Below, one piece after another: positions 1 to 13,615 of a stretch of 64,000 nucleotides of DNA. The notes beneath the pieces were generated by a model that was given only the letters and a program-made list of their open reading frames with translations, was not told the DNA's origin and did not search any database. A program made the position numbers and the translations under genes. This DNA comes from Eledone cirrhosa (Eukaryota). Positions within the stretch are counted from its first letter, which is position 1. Every line of letters starts with the position of its first letter. The stretch is from positions 59,706,001 to 59,770,000 of the forward strand of contig OZ024748.1 of the NCBI GenBank assembly GCA_964016885.1, written 5' to 3'.

Positions 1-322
1 TATTTCTAAATTCTGAAATGGTGTTTAAAACTAATTCCATTACATCTATTTCACTTCTACCAAATATGATTCCTTAACAAAAATAAATTATTATATATAT
101 TAATAGTGATGTTTTATAAATGAAACTGGAGGTTAAAAGCTGATGAATTTCTCTAGCTTGAAACGCTTTCTGGTTTATCATACCTAATAATTAAAGTGTG
201 GTGGTGGTCCGTACTATCAGGTGATGTGAGCCCTTGCTACGCTACTTCTAGAGTCAAGTCTATTACCATTACTCCACCTCTTCCAAATATATAGTTCCTT
301 AGCAAAACTATATTAATATTTA

Positions 323-578
323 CAGGGTGTCCCCAAAAATGTATGCACACTTTGACTACCTGTTCAGGCAATATTTATTAAAATGCACAGCCTTTCCCTA
401 AAATAAAATAATCTAGATATAATTCAATTGTACGTAATCCCTCCAAAATGTTTACATAATTTAAATAATTGTTTCTACTTTTGGCACAAAAAAAAAAAAA
501 TAATACATATAAAACAGAATATATTTTAATGCATTTTTTAAAGATTTTGTTGTGTATACATTTTTTGGGGACACCCTG
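323..578. mobile_element. Tc1/mariner-superfamily MITE
   Basis: TIRs CAGGGTGTCCCCAAAAATGTATGCACA and TGTGTATACATTTTTTGGGGACACCCTG, with TA on both sides. Confidence 0.85.
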
Positions 579-1127
579 TATTAATAATGACGTTTCATAA
601 ATGAAACTAAATATTCAATAACAAAAATATATTCTTTGATTAAAATAAAACAAAATGTCTAACAATTATTCCGTATATCCATAAATATTTCTGCTAACTT
701 TAACGAAGAATGTTTGATTTATGAGTAGAATTCTTCAGTTCAATTGCTGGTCAATAGAATGCATGTATTGGCTTTGTTGGACCCGATTCTGCATTAGTAG
801 ATCCCAAATCAAAAGCGGCAGTTTCAGGTCCTCCCTCGTCGGGGATCTTCCAATGTTTTTCTCAAATTTAGGAAAAAATGTCACAGAAGAATGTTATATT
901 TTATTTAAATTCCATAAAATAGGAGTAATTTATTTAAGAGTTGAAACTTATTATGAAGATTGAAACAAAAAAAGAACTCACATACACACACAATTGCACG
1001 CATGCGCGCGAACACAATAACCTCTCCTCCTCCCCACTAACCAAATGTGTGATTTGTGTTTTTCTGTGACGCACAGTAACATTCTCGCCTCTGATTTTTA
1101 TTGTCATTTACCGTTTTTCTCAGGAGT

Positions 1128-1584
1128 AACACCAAGAACTATCAGAAATAATTACACAATAAAAGACAGGCTGGGAGTTAATATTACAATTATACAACTT
1201 CTCCAGAATTACTGACTCCAAACGTTTATTTACGTCATTCGCCAACTGGAAAACAAACAAAAACAAACTCTAGTGTCACCCAGCAATTGACTGGTACTTT
1301 ATTTTATCGACCTCGAAAGTATGAAAGGCAAAGTTGGCCTCAGTAGAAATTGAACGCAGAACGTAACCCACAATTCAACAATGAGAAAATTAGTTATATG
1401 ACAAATCCCAGCAAATTCTTGATTATTTTTAACACCGAGAACTATCAGAAATAATTATACAGTAAAAGACAGACTGGAAGTTAATATTACAATTATCCAA
1501 CTTTTCCAGAGCTGCTGATTCCAAAGGTTTATTCATGTCATTCGCCAACTGGAAAAAAAATTAAAAAAACTCTCGTGTCACCCA
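1128..1584. repeat. ~155-bp direct repeats flanking a SINE fragment
   Basis: 1128-1283 matches 1431-1584 (GAACTATCAGAAATAATTA..CATTCGCCAACTGGAAAA..GTGTCACCCA). Confidence 0.8.
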
Positions 1585-2180
1585 ATTCTCGGCTGGATGA
1601 GTTGGCTACTTAGCTGTCAGTCTATCTGTCTGGTTTATTGGTTGGTTAATGAATTCACCTGGAATAAAAACAATTACAGATAATTATAATTAAGGTAGGT
1701 TATTTAACATATATTCTATCACTTTGCCAGGTGTTCAATAAACTAACACAATTTAATTAAAAAAAGCAAAGACAGAAAAAAGAAATGCGACTTTATTTAA
1801 CCAATTGTTTATTTTAAAGTTAAAATATTTCTTTTTAAAACAACAGCAATCTTTTGAGAACAAATTAGTAATCAAATTTGATTGCCTGTCAAAATATATC
1901 CGGATTTGAGAAGAGGTGGGGTGTTACAGAAGAAGAAAATGGGAAGATAAAAAAGACAGGTTATTTTTTTCTGTTTTATTCGCGTTTTGTGTAGGTGCAT
2001 GGCGTTGTGTTTACAGTGGTCGGCTTATAATAATAACGTCGAGAGTTCGTTAAGTCGTGAGTATTATCGAAGAAACAAGTTAATAATTGTTTCTACTTTT
2101 GGCACAAAGCCAGCAATTATCCCAGTGCATTACTGGTACTTCATTTTATCGAACCCGTAAGGATGAAAGGCAAAGTTAGC

Positions 2181-2210
<30 letters not shown>

Positions 2211-2212
<2 letters not shown>

Positions 2213-2655
2213 CGATATTAAATAAATGGAAACTATATTTATAAAACCATATTTATTTCATTATATATATTTCAGGGATATCATATTAACAATATGTTAT
2301 GCCTTCCTCAGACAAAATACAATATAGACAGTTTTATAGATAAATAGATTTGACATACCGTTCAACATCGACTTGTATTTGAAAAAGTTGATTTTTTCAA
2401 ATACAAGTCGATGTTGAACGGTATGTCAAATCTATTTATCTATAAAACTGTCTATAATGTATTTTGTCTGAGGAAGGCATAACATATTGTTAATATGATA
2501 TCCCTGAAATATATATAATGAAATAAATATGGTTTTATAAATATAGTTTCCATTTATTTAATATCGTAAATATACTCCAAATACTTGTTGAGTGCTTTTA
2601 TATCAGTTATAAATATTTACTAGTTGTAACCCAACAATTTAAATATAACTTTCTA
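2211..2655 (+). mobile_element. Penelope-like pseudo-LTR relic with a 176-bp-arm foldback
   Basis: Arms at 2211-2386 and 2393-2568 (one mismatch seen, 6-nt loop), with a hammerhead in each arm and (TA)n on both sides. Homologous to 48800-49055 and 61379-61722. Confidence 0.65.
2460..2525 (+). ncRNA. Minimal type-I hammerhead ribozyme motif (family A), with a mirror copy on the - strand at 2254-2319
   Basis: Helix I TATTTTGT/ATGAAATA, CTGAGGA at 2468-2474, helix II closed by AGG/CCT, GAAA at 2506-2509, palindromic TATATA, UH = TA. Confidence 0.72.
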
Positions 2656-3248
2656 TATATATATATATATATATATTAGTATTGGTGGTCTGAAATAGCG
2701 ATGTATACATGTATGTATAGTATATTTGGCAATATACTGTATGTTTAATTAAAAACATTTAGAAGACCATTCGCTATGAGTTTTAAAATAGTGACTATGT
2801 CACTTACTTATCCTCGGCAAATAACATCAGAGATCACTCTTTGATGTTATAAACATACAGTATATTGCCAAATATACCACACACATACACGCACGCACTT
2901 CACTTTGGGTTCCAAAATCGTTACCAAGACTACCTAACGGTTTGTATTGTTAGTATATACACTCTGCCTATGTATCGATTGTTGCTTTTATTGGTACCAC
3001 CTCCAGATATTCACTGAATCACAAACACTATATATATTTACACACACAGATACATACCAACTATTTTGTTTAGTCCAGGCCAAATTGTTTACACCTGTAC
3101 ATAATCCATCCCGAACTTACCACTAATAACTAAATGTGTACGCTCTGAATCACGGGACTGGCACTTCGGAAGTGCAAGTCCCGTGAATTCATTGAGCGAG
3201 TGTGAAAGTTCAAATTACTAGCACAAACTCAGTTTGTCTTGTTCGATA

Positions 3249-3287
<39 letters not shown>

Positions 3288-4858
3288 GTGTGTGTTTTAG
3301 CATATTCTTCTTCAGAGCGTAATCTCTCTTACAGTAGCACAATATTATTTTTTCGTTCCGCCATTTTGAGTGTGTAGGCGATAGAGTAAACGCTGTGGGT
3401 AGCCATTACTTTCCACGAAATAATTATAAAACACCGTTAAACTACACTTCTATCTTCTAGGCTATAAGGTATACAAACACATACTGCTCGAACTTTCCTC
3501 GCAGGGGCCGTTAGCATAATTTCCTGTTTATGTCAGCGGGAGATTTTCCCCCAACTCATCAAAAAATAGAAAAACAACAATTTCAACAGACCAAGTGAAT
3601 AGATATACAATGTCTCTTTTTTTACAAAGAAGGTGCAAGCATGGCTGTGTGGTTACAACGTTCGCTTCGCAATCATGTGCCTTTAAGTTCAAACTTCTAA
3701 AGAGTTTCGATCCATCCAGTTTACTTTCATAAAAACATTCGGGTCAACCAGACGTTAGTGGTGGCACTCATTGGGAGCGACCCAGGTTCTTCTGATTGCT
3801 TAGCGAACCCTTTAACTACATATGTGTGTACACATGCGTGTGTAAGGTTTATCACGTGTGTTTGTATAAATGACTTGATGCCAGCTCTATGAACTCTAGT
3901 GTAATATTATGAACAAGCGAGACAATAAGAAGCACTGTGTTGTTTTATTAACAAGTGAGGCGATATCATCTTTAAAAAAATGTTTTGTTTTTAGCTAATG
4001 TTTTCATCAATTGTAAAACAATCGAGTTTCTGTTGCTTCATAAATATTTAAAGCGAGGAAACAAAGAATTCATTTGGTTATTTCGGATGACCAATTCCAA
4101 CACTGCAATTTGTTTTCCACACCGTCTTTTATGTCAAAGCAGGAACAGACATACTTCCAGTGAATAATTGGTAGAATTATTTGAAATTTGCGACAACCAA
4201 AGTTGATAATATCAAGCATCCTCTTTCTACTAGAAGTTACAAAATTTATCATTTTCGTTAAAAAAGAAACAAAGAATATCAAAACAATTCTTTGAAACAT
4301 CATCAGACAATGTTGGGTTACTTTAATGTGTCTAATTAATTTTAATTTTACTATAATTTCAAATTTAAACATTTATAGTTTATATGGAACATTTTGAAGT
4401 ATGTGGGTAGAAATGTTTTAGGAAAGCTAGTGCAATACAAGATAGAAAACCAAAAGTAAAGTAAAACAAAATTAAACAAATCAACAGTTTATATTTTATA
4501 TTCTTATGGTATAGAATATTTCGGAGATACACCCTCTTTTCAAAAGTAAGGAAATGGAGTGTAATGGTGATAGAAAGCGTATTCTTTAGAATTATAGGTC
4601 CTTACCCGAAATATATGTCTGAACTGTTGTTTTTTGTTGTTTTAGTTTTAAAATTCTCTCTCTCTCTCTGAATATATATATCTCAAATCCTCCATCTCGA
4701 TTCCACTTTTGAAAAGCATAAGAACCGCGAAACCAGTAAAGGAACCAAATAAATATTCTTAAAAAGACTCCAGTTGCATTTTCGATTTCATCTTTTTTCC
4801 TTATACTTTCACTCGTGTAGGACATCTCGTTTTTTTTTCATTTTGGAAAAAAACCCTC

Positions 4859-4907
<49 letters not shown>

Positions 4908-5095
4908 ATCCATTTTATGTACGCTAATTCACGTTTATATAAAGTGTATAGATGTTTTCCGAATTTCAACAAATCTTGCCTTTCCTAAAACCATGTTCAT
5001 CTATACAGACACACAGAGACCCACACATGTATATGCAACTGTATGCGTGTGTACGGATATATATATATATATATATATATATTCTTTTCTTTGAT

Positions 5096-5278
5096 AATTG
5101 TTTCTACTTTTGGCACAAGGCCAGTAATTATCCCAGTGCATTACTGGTACTTTATTTTATCGACCCCGTAAGGATGAAAGGCAAAGTTAATCTCGGCGGG
5201 ATTTGAACTCAGAATGGCACGGGCCGCTAACTCTATGCGTCAAAGCATGGCGTCCGACCCTCTACCGATACTGCCAAT
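5096..5278 (-). mobile_element. tRNA-derived SINE (dominant family); partial copies at ~1285-1365, 2085-2183 and 6077-6139
   Basis: Reverse complement of 12052-12236. Confidence 0.88.
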
Positions 5279-6000
5279 TGATAATGAAGATACTGTAACA
5301 AAGTCCACATTAAACAAATGTGATACTATAGTGTATGTTTGAGGGTGAGGATGTATTGACATTACTTCAAAGTTATATATATATATAATGTATAAATATG
5401 TTTGTATGTATATGTGGCTATATATATATATATATATATATTTCTGTTTATGCGTGGGGGTGTGTGTATATATATGTAAGCATATGTTTGTGTTTATGCG
5501 TGGGTGTGTGTATATATGTTTGTTTATGCGTGGGTGTGTATATAAGTATATAATTATATTATATATAATATACGCACGCACGCACGTACGTACGTACGTG
5601 TGTGGTGTGTAAGTATATAATATATATATGTATATATATATAAGCCAATAATTCTTGTCACTTTCAATAGAAAGCTTGTTTTAATAACGAGTATGTTTCT
5701 ATCTAGGCTGAAGGTTAGATCACGTGTTTGTGGTAGCTCGTGCTATATTTTCTTCCGAATGTTTTTGAAAATCAACACTTAACTTCATATAAAGGTTTAG
5801 CTGTGATCTTTCATCTTGCAGGTAGATACTTTAGTAAGCCGGCTTTGATCAGATGTAATAACGTTTTTTTTTTTTAGTATGAACTATTACACACCTGCAA
5901 ATATTTTTAGCAAAACACACAAAAATCTACCTTTTCTCTCTCTAGTATTCTCTCAAAGATAAATGTTTGTTTGTGTATGTATTTTGCTAGGAATATTTGC

Positions 6001-6057
<57 letters not shown>

Positions 6058-6292
6058 ATTAAAAACAAATCCACGCTACTTTATTTTATCGAATCCGTAA
6101 GGATGAAAGGCAAAGTTAACCTCGGCGGGATTTGAACTCGTATATAGGAAAAATAATAATGAAGGGTTGAAGATGCATCTATCTTTTAATATATACATGC
6201 AAATTTACTGTGCACAACGAAAAAAAAAAATATTATTTGTTGTGGATGGGGATTTACTGAAAGAATCATGGTTATCTCATTTCTTTGATTTT

Positions 6293-6330
6293 ACTAACCG
6301 GTTTCTGCTCTCGCGAGCTCTTCAAGAGCG
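6293..6330 (-). ncRNA. Degenerate hammerhead-like motif
   Basis: Minus strand reads CGCTC TTGAAGA GCTC-GCGA-GAGC A GAAA CCGG TT AGT, with a GNRA-capped helix II and palindromic ACCGGT. Confidence 0.45.
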
Positions 6331-6739
6331 TAATTTTCAAGGTTACATTTGTGCTAGTGTTATCTATTTTTCATATACTGTAATTTTCTGTCCCATTTCT
6401 AAACTTTGCTTATGTCTTTCAAATCAATCTATTAAACGCCACTTTGGCACAACGAACCTACTCGTGTTACTTCCGTGCAAATATAACTCCAATGATTTTG
6501 AAGGGTCTGATTGATTTTTACTTTGTCTTGTACAGTGTGTGTCTGGTGAGCGGGACGGCTGAATATAGGTTTATGGATTACGCGGATAGCATCAGCTTGG
6601 TGTAGATTTATTTAGATTTGTTTACACTGAAGTTGGGCAGCTGACTGTTACATACGCACATACATACATACATACATAGTTATATGTAAATATATATGCG
6701 TCTGTAATTAAAGGCACACACACACATATATATATATAT

Positions 6740-6924
6740 AATTGTTTCTACTTTTGGCACAAGGCCAACAATTATCTCAGTACATTACTGGTACTTTATT
6801 TTATCGACCCGGTAAGGATGAAAGGCAAAATTAACCTCAGCGGGATTTGAACTCAGTTTGTAAAGAGACGTAACTATGCTGGAAAGCATGGCGTCGAACC
6901 CCCTACCGATACTGCCAATCCACC
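6740..6924 (-). mobile_element. tRNA-derived SINE (dominant family)
   Basis: Full-length match to the family consensus. Confidence 0.88.
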
Positions 6925-7574
6925 AATGAAAATAAAAGTTACGGGCAAAAGAGGGCAATATCCATCGTCAGTTGTCTGCTAGGAATCATAGGTATTTCTT
7001 CGCGTTAGAGACAAGATACCTCAGCCTAGGGCGAACATTGACGAAAATAAGTTATTGGGATAAAAAAGGGGAGAGAGAGAAAAAAAAATGTAAATAGACA
7101 CGAAGTGTGAAGCAACGAAAAGAGAGGAAAAAAAATATATATATAACAAAGAAGGTGTGGTAAGATACCAGGTGGACCCTAACGCACCCGAGTACTCATT
7201 ACTAGGGTAGTACAGTGGGTAACAGGAAATTAATCAGGACCCCGAAACGGCTGGAGCTCAGCTATCGGGGTCCTGACTCTTTTCCTGTATATATATATAT
7301 GTGTGTGTGTGAATGTGCATATATATATATATATATATATAATGTGTGTGTGTGTGTACACACACACATATATATATATATTTGTGTGTGTGTATAGAAA
7401 TATAAAGAGATGTCCATTAATCAATTCTGTAAGATTTTAAAGTTTGTGTTTTTTTTTTGTATTTGTTATTGTCTGTTTTTTCACGTGGGCTAATATGTTA
7501 GGATATTTACAAACCTGAAGTGGGCCCTATATTGACAATTTTAGGTTTATTGGCTCAAAGGTGCACGTGACATC

Positions 7575-8250
7575 TTTACCAACGCTGAATTGCAACACGT
7601 GACCAATGTATTGTGTCACCTGAGCAACGGTGAATTGTGATGACAGACTAACGATGTGGTGTAACACGTCACCAATATTGAATCGTCACCTGACCAATGA
7701 CGTATGGTGACACGTGACCAACACTAAATCCTCACCTGACCAATGACGTATTGTGACACGTGACCAACACTAAATCCTCACCTGACCAATGACCTATTGT
7801 GACACGGCCAACACTGATTCGTCACCTGACCAATGACGTATTGTGACACGTGACCCACACTGAACCATCACCTGACCAATGACGTAGTGTGCCACGTGAC
7901 CAACACTGAATCGTCACCTGAACAATTACGTATTGACACGTGACCAACACTGAATCGTCACCTGACCAATTACGTATTGACACGTGACCAACACTGCATC
8001 GTCAAACTGAGCAATGACGTATTGTGACACCTGAGCAACACTGAATCGTCACCTGACCAATGACGTATTGTGACACGTGAGCAACACTGAACCGTCACCT
8101 GACCAATGACGTATTATGACACGTGGCCAACACTGAATCGTCACGTGACCAATGACGTATTATGACACGTGACCAATGATGTATTGTAACACGTGACCAG
8201 CGCTATACCGTGACTACTGACCAACGCTGAATTTTGACACGTGACCAACA
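7575..8250. repeat. ~41-42 bp minisatellite built from two ~21-bp subunits
   Basis: Unit ~GTCACCTGACCAATGACGTATTGTGACACGTGACCAACACTGAATC, about 14-16 units. Confidence 0.9.
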
Positions 8251-8605
8251 TTTTATGCTAATTGCATAACACTGTGATAATCTTCCGGATTCGTCCAATT
8301 CGTAAAAAAATGCTGGAAAAACGGACGTGAAATGGTGAACTCATTAAAATATCAAATATGGACGGAAAGGAGGAATATTTGAACCGTGGAAGGATATGAG
8401 TGAAACAAAATGGAGTAAATGTAACTAACCTTCTCTTTTAGAGAGTAATTATTGAACTGAAGGGGAGATTATTAGGAAAGGCTAACGGCATAATACACAC
8501 ACTGAGGCACAGATATATGGGAAAATAATTCAAACTCAATTAAAAAAAATCAAGACAGATTTTATCCACAGATTTTGTGAAATCCAGGGAAAAACCAATA
8601 GTCTT

Positions 8606-8651
<46 letters not shown>

Positions 8652-8965
8652 AGAGAGAGAGAGAGAGAGAGAGAGAGACGAGCGCGTATTTATGTGTGAA
8701 TGTAAATAGGTATGATGGTGTGTGTATAGATAGGTTGGTGGGTATGTGTGGGTATAGATCGGTTGGTGGGTATGTGTGTGTATAGATCGGTTGGTGGGTA
8801 TGTGTGTGTGTGTATAGATAGGCTGGTGGGTATAGATCGGTTGGTCGGTATGTGTGGGTATAGATAGGTTGGTGGGTATATGTGTGGGTATAGATCGGTC
8901 GGTGGGTATGTGTATATATATGTCTGTGGGTGGGTGGGTATCTTTAAATCCAGGATGTTGTCAGT

Positions 8966-9015
<50 letters not shown>

Positions 9016-11233
9016 TATATGGGGAATATTTTATGTGAATTGTTCGAGTGATAAACATGATAAATCACCTCACGTAGAGGATATGTCTTAAAAATACAAT
9101 TATACCTCAACAGAGGAATAATGACGTCATAGAGGAGAGGGCCAGAACATATGACACCACAGATATCATAGTCGTCATCATTGTCATCATAGTCGTCATC
9201 ATAATCATCATAGTCGTCATCATAGTCGTCATCATAATCATCATAGTCGTCATCATAGTCGTCATCATTGTCGTCATCATAGTCATCATCATAGTCATCA
9301 TCATAGTCATCATAGTCGTCATCATAGTCATCATAGTCGTCATCATAGTCATCATCATAGTCGTCATCATAGTCATCGTCTTACTTCTCCTCTCATCGTT
9401 ATTATTGTCATCATCATCACCATCATGATGGTCATTATGGTGATAAGGATGATCGCCGTCGTCATCATGATCATCTAACGGTCATCATCATCCATCATTA
9501 TCATCATCATCATTATAACCACTATCATCATCATCATAATTAGCATCATTATCACCATCGCCCTCCTCTTCATCGTCATCATCATCATCTTCACCACCAC
9601 CATCATTCTCAACATCATTATCATCACGATCACCGCCACGACCACCACTGTACCATCACCACCACTGTACCACCACCACCATCACCACTGTACCACCACC
9701 ACCACCACCACCACCATCACCACCACTGTACCATCACCACCACCACCATCACCACCACTGTACCATCACCATCACCACCACCACTGTACCACCACCACCA
9801 CCACCACCATCACCACCACCACCACCACCACCACCACTGTACCATCACCACCACCACCACCACCATCACCACTGTACCATCACCACTGTACCACCACCAT
9901 CACCACCACTGTACCACCACCACCACTGTACCACCACCACCACTGTACCACCACCACCACTGTACCACCACCACCACTGTACCACCACCACCACCACCAT
10001 CACCACCACTGTACCACCACCACCACCACCACCACCACCACCACTGTACCACCACCATCACCACCACTGTACCACCACCACCACCATCACCACCACCATC
10101 ACCACCACTGTACCACCACCACCACCACCACCATCACCACCACTGTACCACCACCACCACCACCACCACCACCATCACCACTGTGCCACCATCACCACCA
10201 CTACCATCACCACCACTGTACTATCACCACCACCATCACCACCACCACCACCATCACCACTGTGCCACCACCACCACCACCATCACCACCACCACCATCA
10301 CCACCACTGTACCACCACCACCACCATCATTACTATGACCAAGCCACAGGAGTTGAGCCACAGTAAAACCAAAGTAATATCTTATTACGGAAGGTATAGT
10401 CATTATATTACTATATTATATGACATTATATTTATGACTGTGCGTGAATCTCATAGTTTAGTGGAATAGTCTTGTCCATGATAGGCATGCGTCGTATACG
10501 AGATTGTTTTCTGTCAAGTAGCGTGTTCCATGTAGATTTATGCAGATGGAGGTGAAAGGTTGATTTTCTAAACTAAAGAGCAAAATTCTATTTCGGGTTT
10601 TATTGTATGTCAGAAGATGGTCATGTTATATGTTATATATTTATGTTATTCAACTCCAGACTGCAGATGTGCCAAGTTTCTTACATCTTACTGGACACTC
10701 AGTTACAGATGTATGCCAAATATGTATGTATATTCGTGTGTGTATATATATATATAATGTGTGTGTGTGTGTGTATATATATGTGTGTGTGTATATATAT
10801 GTGTGTGTGTATATATATATATGTGTGTATATATATATTTGTGTGTGTATATATATATGTGTGTGTGTATATATATATGTGTGTGTGTATATATATATGT
10901 GTGCGTGTATATGTATGTGTGTATATGTGTGTTTGTGTGTATATATGTGTATGTGTGTGTATATATATGTGTGTGTGTGTATATATATGTGTGTATATAA
11001 AAATGTATATATATATGTAACTATATTTATATATATATATATACACATGTGTATATAAAAAAATATATATATATGTAACTATATTTATATATATAGACAC
11101 ATATGTGTGTATATAAAAATGTATATAAATATGTAACTATATTTATATATATATAGACACATGTGTGTGTATATAAAAATGTATATATATATATATAAAC
11201 ATGTGTGTATATGTATATATAGATATGTAACTA

Positions 11234-11274
<41 letters not shown>

Positions 11275-11285
11275 GTGTGTATATG

Positions 11286-11343
<58 letters not shown>

Positions 11344-11388
11344 AGAAAAAGATGTGAGAAAAACCACAGACCCTCCATCTCAACTCTA

Positions 11389-11424
11389 CTTTTGAAAAGC
11401 AGAAGAACTGCGAAACCGGTAAAG
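11389..11424 (+). ncRNA. Hammerhead-like motif with U3-A8 core variant (family C); homolog at 4706-4741
   Basis: CTT TTGAAAA GCAG-AAGAA-CTGC GAAA CCGG TA AAG. It lies within a dispersed repeat (4690-4868 and 11372-11563) that ends at (TA)n. Confidence 0.55.
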
Positions 11425-11563
11425 GAATCAAATATATATATATATTTTTAAAAAAAATAAGACTCCAGTTGCATTTTCGATTTCATCTTTTTTTCTTTAT
11501 ACTTTCACTCGTGTAGGACACCTCGGTTATTTTTCATTTTGTAAAAAAAACCTCACTTTCTAA

Positions 11564-11605
<42 letters not shown>

Positions 11606-11640
11606 ATAAAATGTATATATATATGAAAATGTATATGTAA

Positions 11641-11681
<41 letters not shown>

Positions 11682-11750
11682 CACATGTGCATATGCATAT
11701 ATATGTATACACACACAATATACATACATACCCACACACATACAGTCACA

Positions 11751-11787
<37 letters not shown>

Positions 11788-11791
<4 letters not shown>

Positions 11792-11952
11792 GTTTCTACT
11801 TTTGGCACAAGGCCAGCAATTACCCAGTGTATTACTGGTACTTTATTTTATCGACCCCGTAAGGATGAAAGGCAAAGTTAACCTCGGCGGGATTTGAACT
11901 CAGATCGTAAAGGGACGTAACTCTTTGCGTCAAAGCATGGCGTCCGACGCTC
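11788..11952 (-). mobile_element. tRNA-derived SINE (dominant family)
   Basis: Family match; head-to-head with the copy at 12052. Confidence 0.88.
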
Positions 11953-12051
11953 TATATTTATCCAAGATACTACGCATTTAGATAGAACACTGAACAAATT
12001 GGTTGTGAAACGAACGTCTTAACCAAAAAGCCATCAATTGTATTAGTAATA

Positions 12052-12236
12052 TGGTGGATTGGCAGTATCGGTAGAGGGTCGGACGCATTGCTTTGACGCA
12101 TAGTTACGGCCCTTGCTATTCTGAGTTCAAATCCCGCCGAGGTTAACTTAGCCTTTCATCCTTACCGGGTCGATAAAATAAAGTACCAGTAATAGACTGG
12201 GTAATTGCTGGCCTTGTGCCAAAAGTAGAAACAATT
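12052..12236 (+). mobile_element. tRNA-derived SINE, full length (reference copy of the dominant family)
   Basis: A box TGGCAGTATCGG, B box GAGTTCAAATCC, central GCCTTTCATCCTTACCGGGTCGATAAAATAAAGTACCAG, tail GCCTTGTGCCAAAAGTAGAAACAATT. Confidence 0.88.
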
Positions 12237-13615
12237 ATATTAGTAATATATATTTATATTTCACGTCTTTCATATTTCCATGTCATACAAAGAATTGGTT
12301 TTTAATTTGCAGTAACCGTTTTAGACAACCCGGAGAAATTCTATAATTCTAAGAAATGTATTTTCTTTGTACATATCTGCGTGTGTGTGTGTGCGAGTGA
12401 GACTTTGTGAGGATATATACATACGTATATACATATGTATATATGTGTGTATGTATGTATGTATGTATGTATGTATGTATGTATGTATGTATGTATGTAT
12501 ATACACACACACACACACACACACAAGTATGTGTAGGTGTATTTCTAACGTATGTATATGTATACATCCACACACACACAAAATATATATACATATATAT
12601 GCACACACACACAACATATATATACATATATATGCACACACACACTATATATATATATATATATACACACACACATTCACACACATACGTCTCCACACAC
12701 ACACACACACACACATTAAAACAAAAAAAGAATTTCACACCATAAAATAAAGTGAATTTAAAAAGTGATCTTTTAAAATAGAAAATTATGTTCTGACGGA
12801 TCAACAATGGAAAAAAACTGGTATTTTTTCTGTCATTTTTTCCCTTTCTTTCTAACATCAAATCTTAATTCACAGAAACATTTATTCCTGCATCAAACTA
12901 AATGAAGCACCAACCCACCATTTTACTTTGAGTCGCAATTTACCCTCCGGTCTTTTGAATAAAAATATTGCTACACATAATGACATAATTCTTATATGTC
13001 GCCAAAAAATGTCTTCGTTTAGTTTTGTGTAGATGGAAGAACCACGAGGAAAATTATATAAATACTATACTAATATATATAATCCATTGTTTTTCTGACG
13101 GAATAAATAATATTAATTTCCGTCATTAAACTCCCAGACTTTAACAAACATTTGATTGTAGATTGCATATCTATAAATTTGAGAGACTTTCATCGGTCCG
13201 TCCGTCACACAATGTGTGTGCCTGTGTGCGTGTGTAAATGTATGTGTGTGTAAAAAGAAGGAAGGAAGGGTTGTGTGTGTGAAAAAACTATAGCAAAATG
13301 TCTGGCGTTCCATTTGTTAGGCTGTATGTGAGTGCTTGTGTAAATGTTTGTCTGTGAATGTATGTGTATTTGTGTAAATGTGTATTTGTGTAAATGTGTA
13401 TTTTTATAAGTGTGTCTGTGTTTGCACGTTTATATTTATATACTCTTATATATAGATGTATGCATATACACACACGCACACATACGCGTCAGCATCTTGA
13501 AAAAAATCCTAGTATATAAAATGGCTGACTGAATACTGACGTGTTTTTATTTTTCGCTATTGTTTTTCAGTTCCTTCCTTTTTCTACTCGATTTCATATT
13601 TATTTTCTCATTCTA

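Noticed and set aside
136-170. CTGATGA..GAAAC hammerhead-like motif
   Set aside because: No helix II pairing and no UH site.
812-848. Minus-strand CCGACGA-GGG/CCT-GAAAC motif
   Set aside because: Two essential core positions are altered and there is no helix I.
10640-10690. Possible 51-nt exon (CAG|ACTGCA..GAT|GTATG; TADVPSFLHLTGHSVTD)
   Set aside because: Splice-like signals this short are common by chance, the peptide is unrecognisable, and there is no partner exon.
12052-12140. tRNA gene
   Set aside because: The A and B boxes belong to a multi-copy SINE head, and there is no complete cloverleaf.
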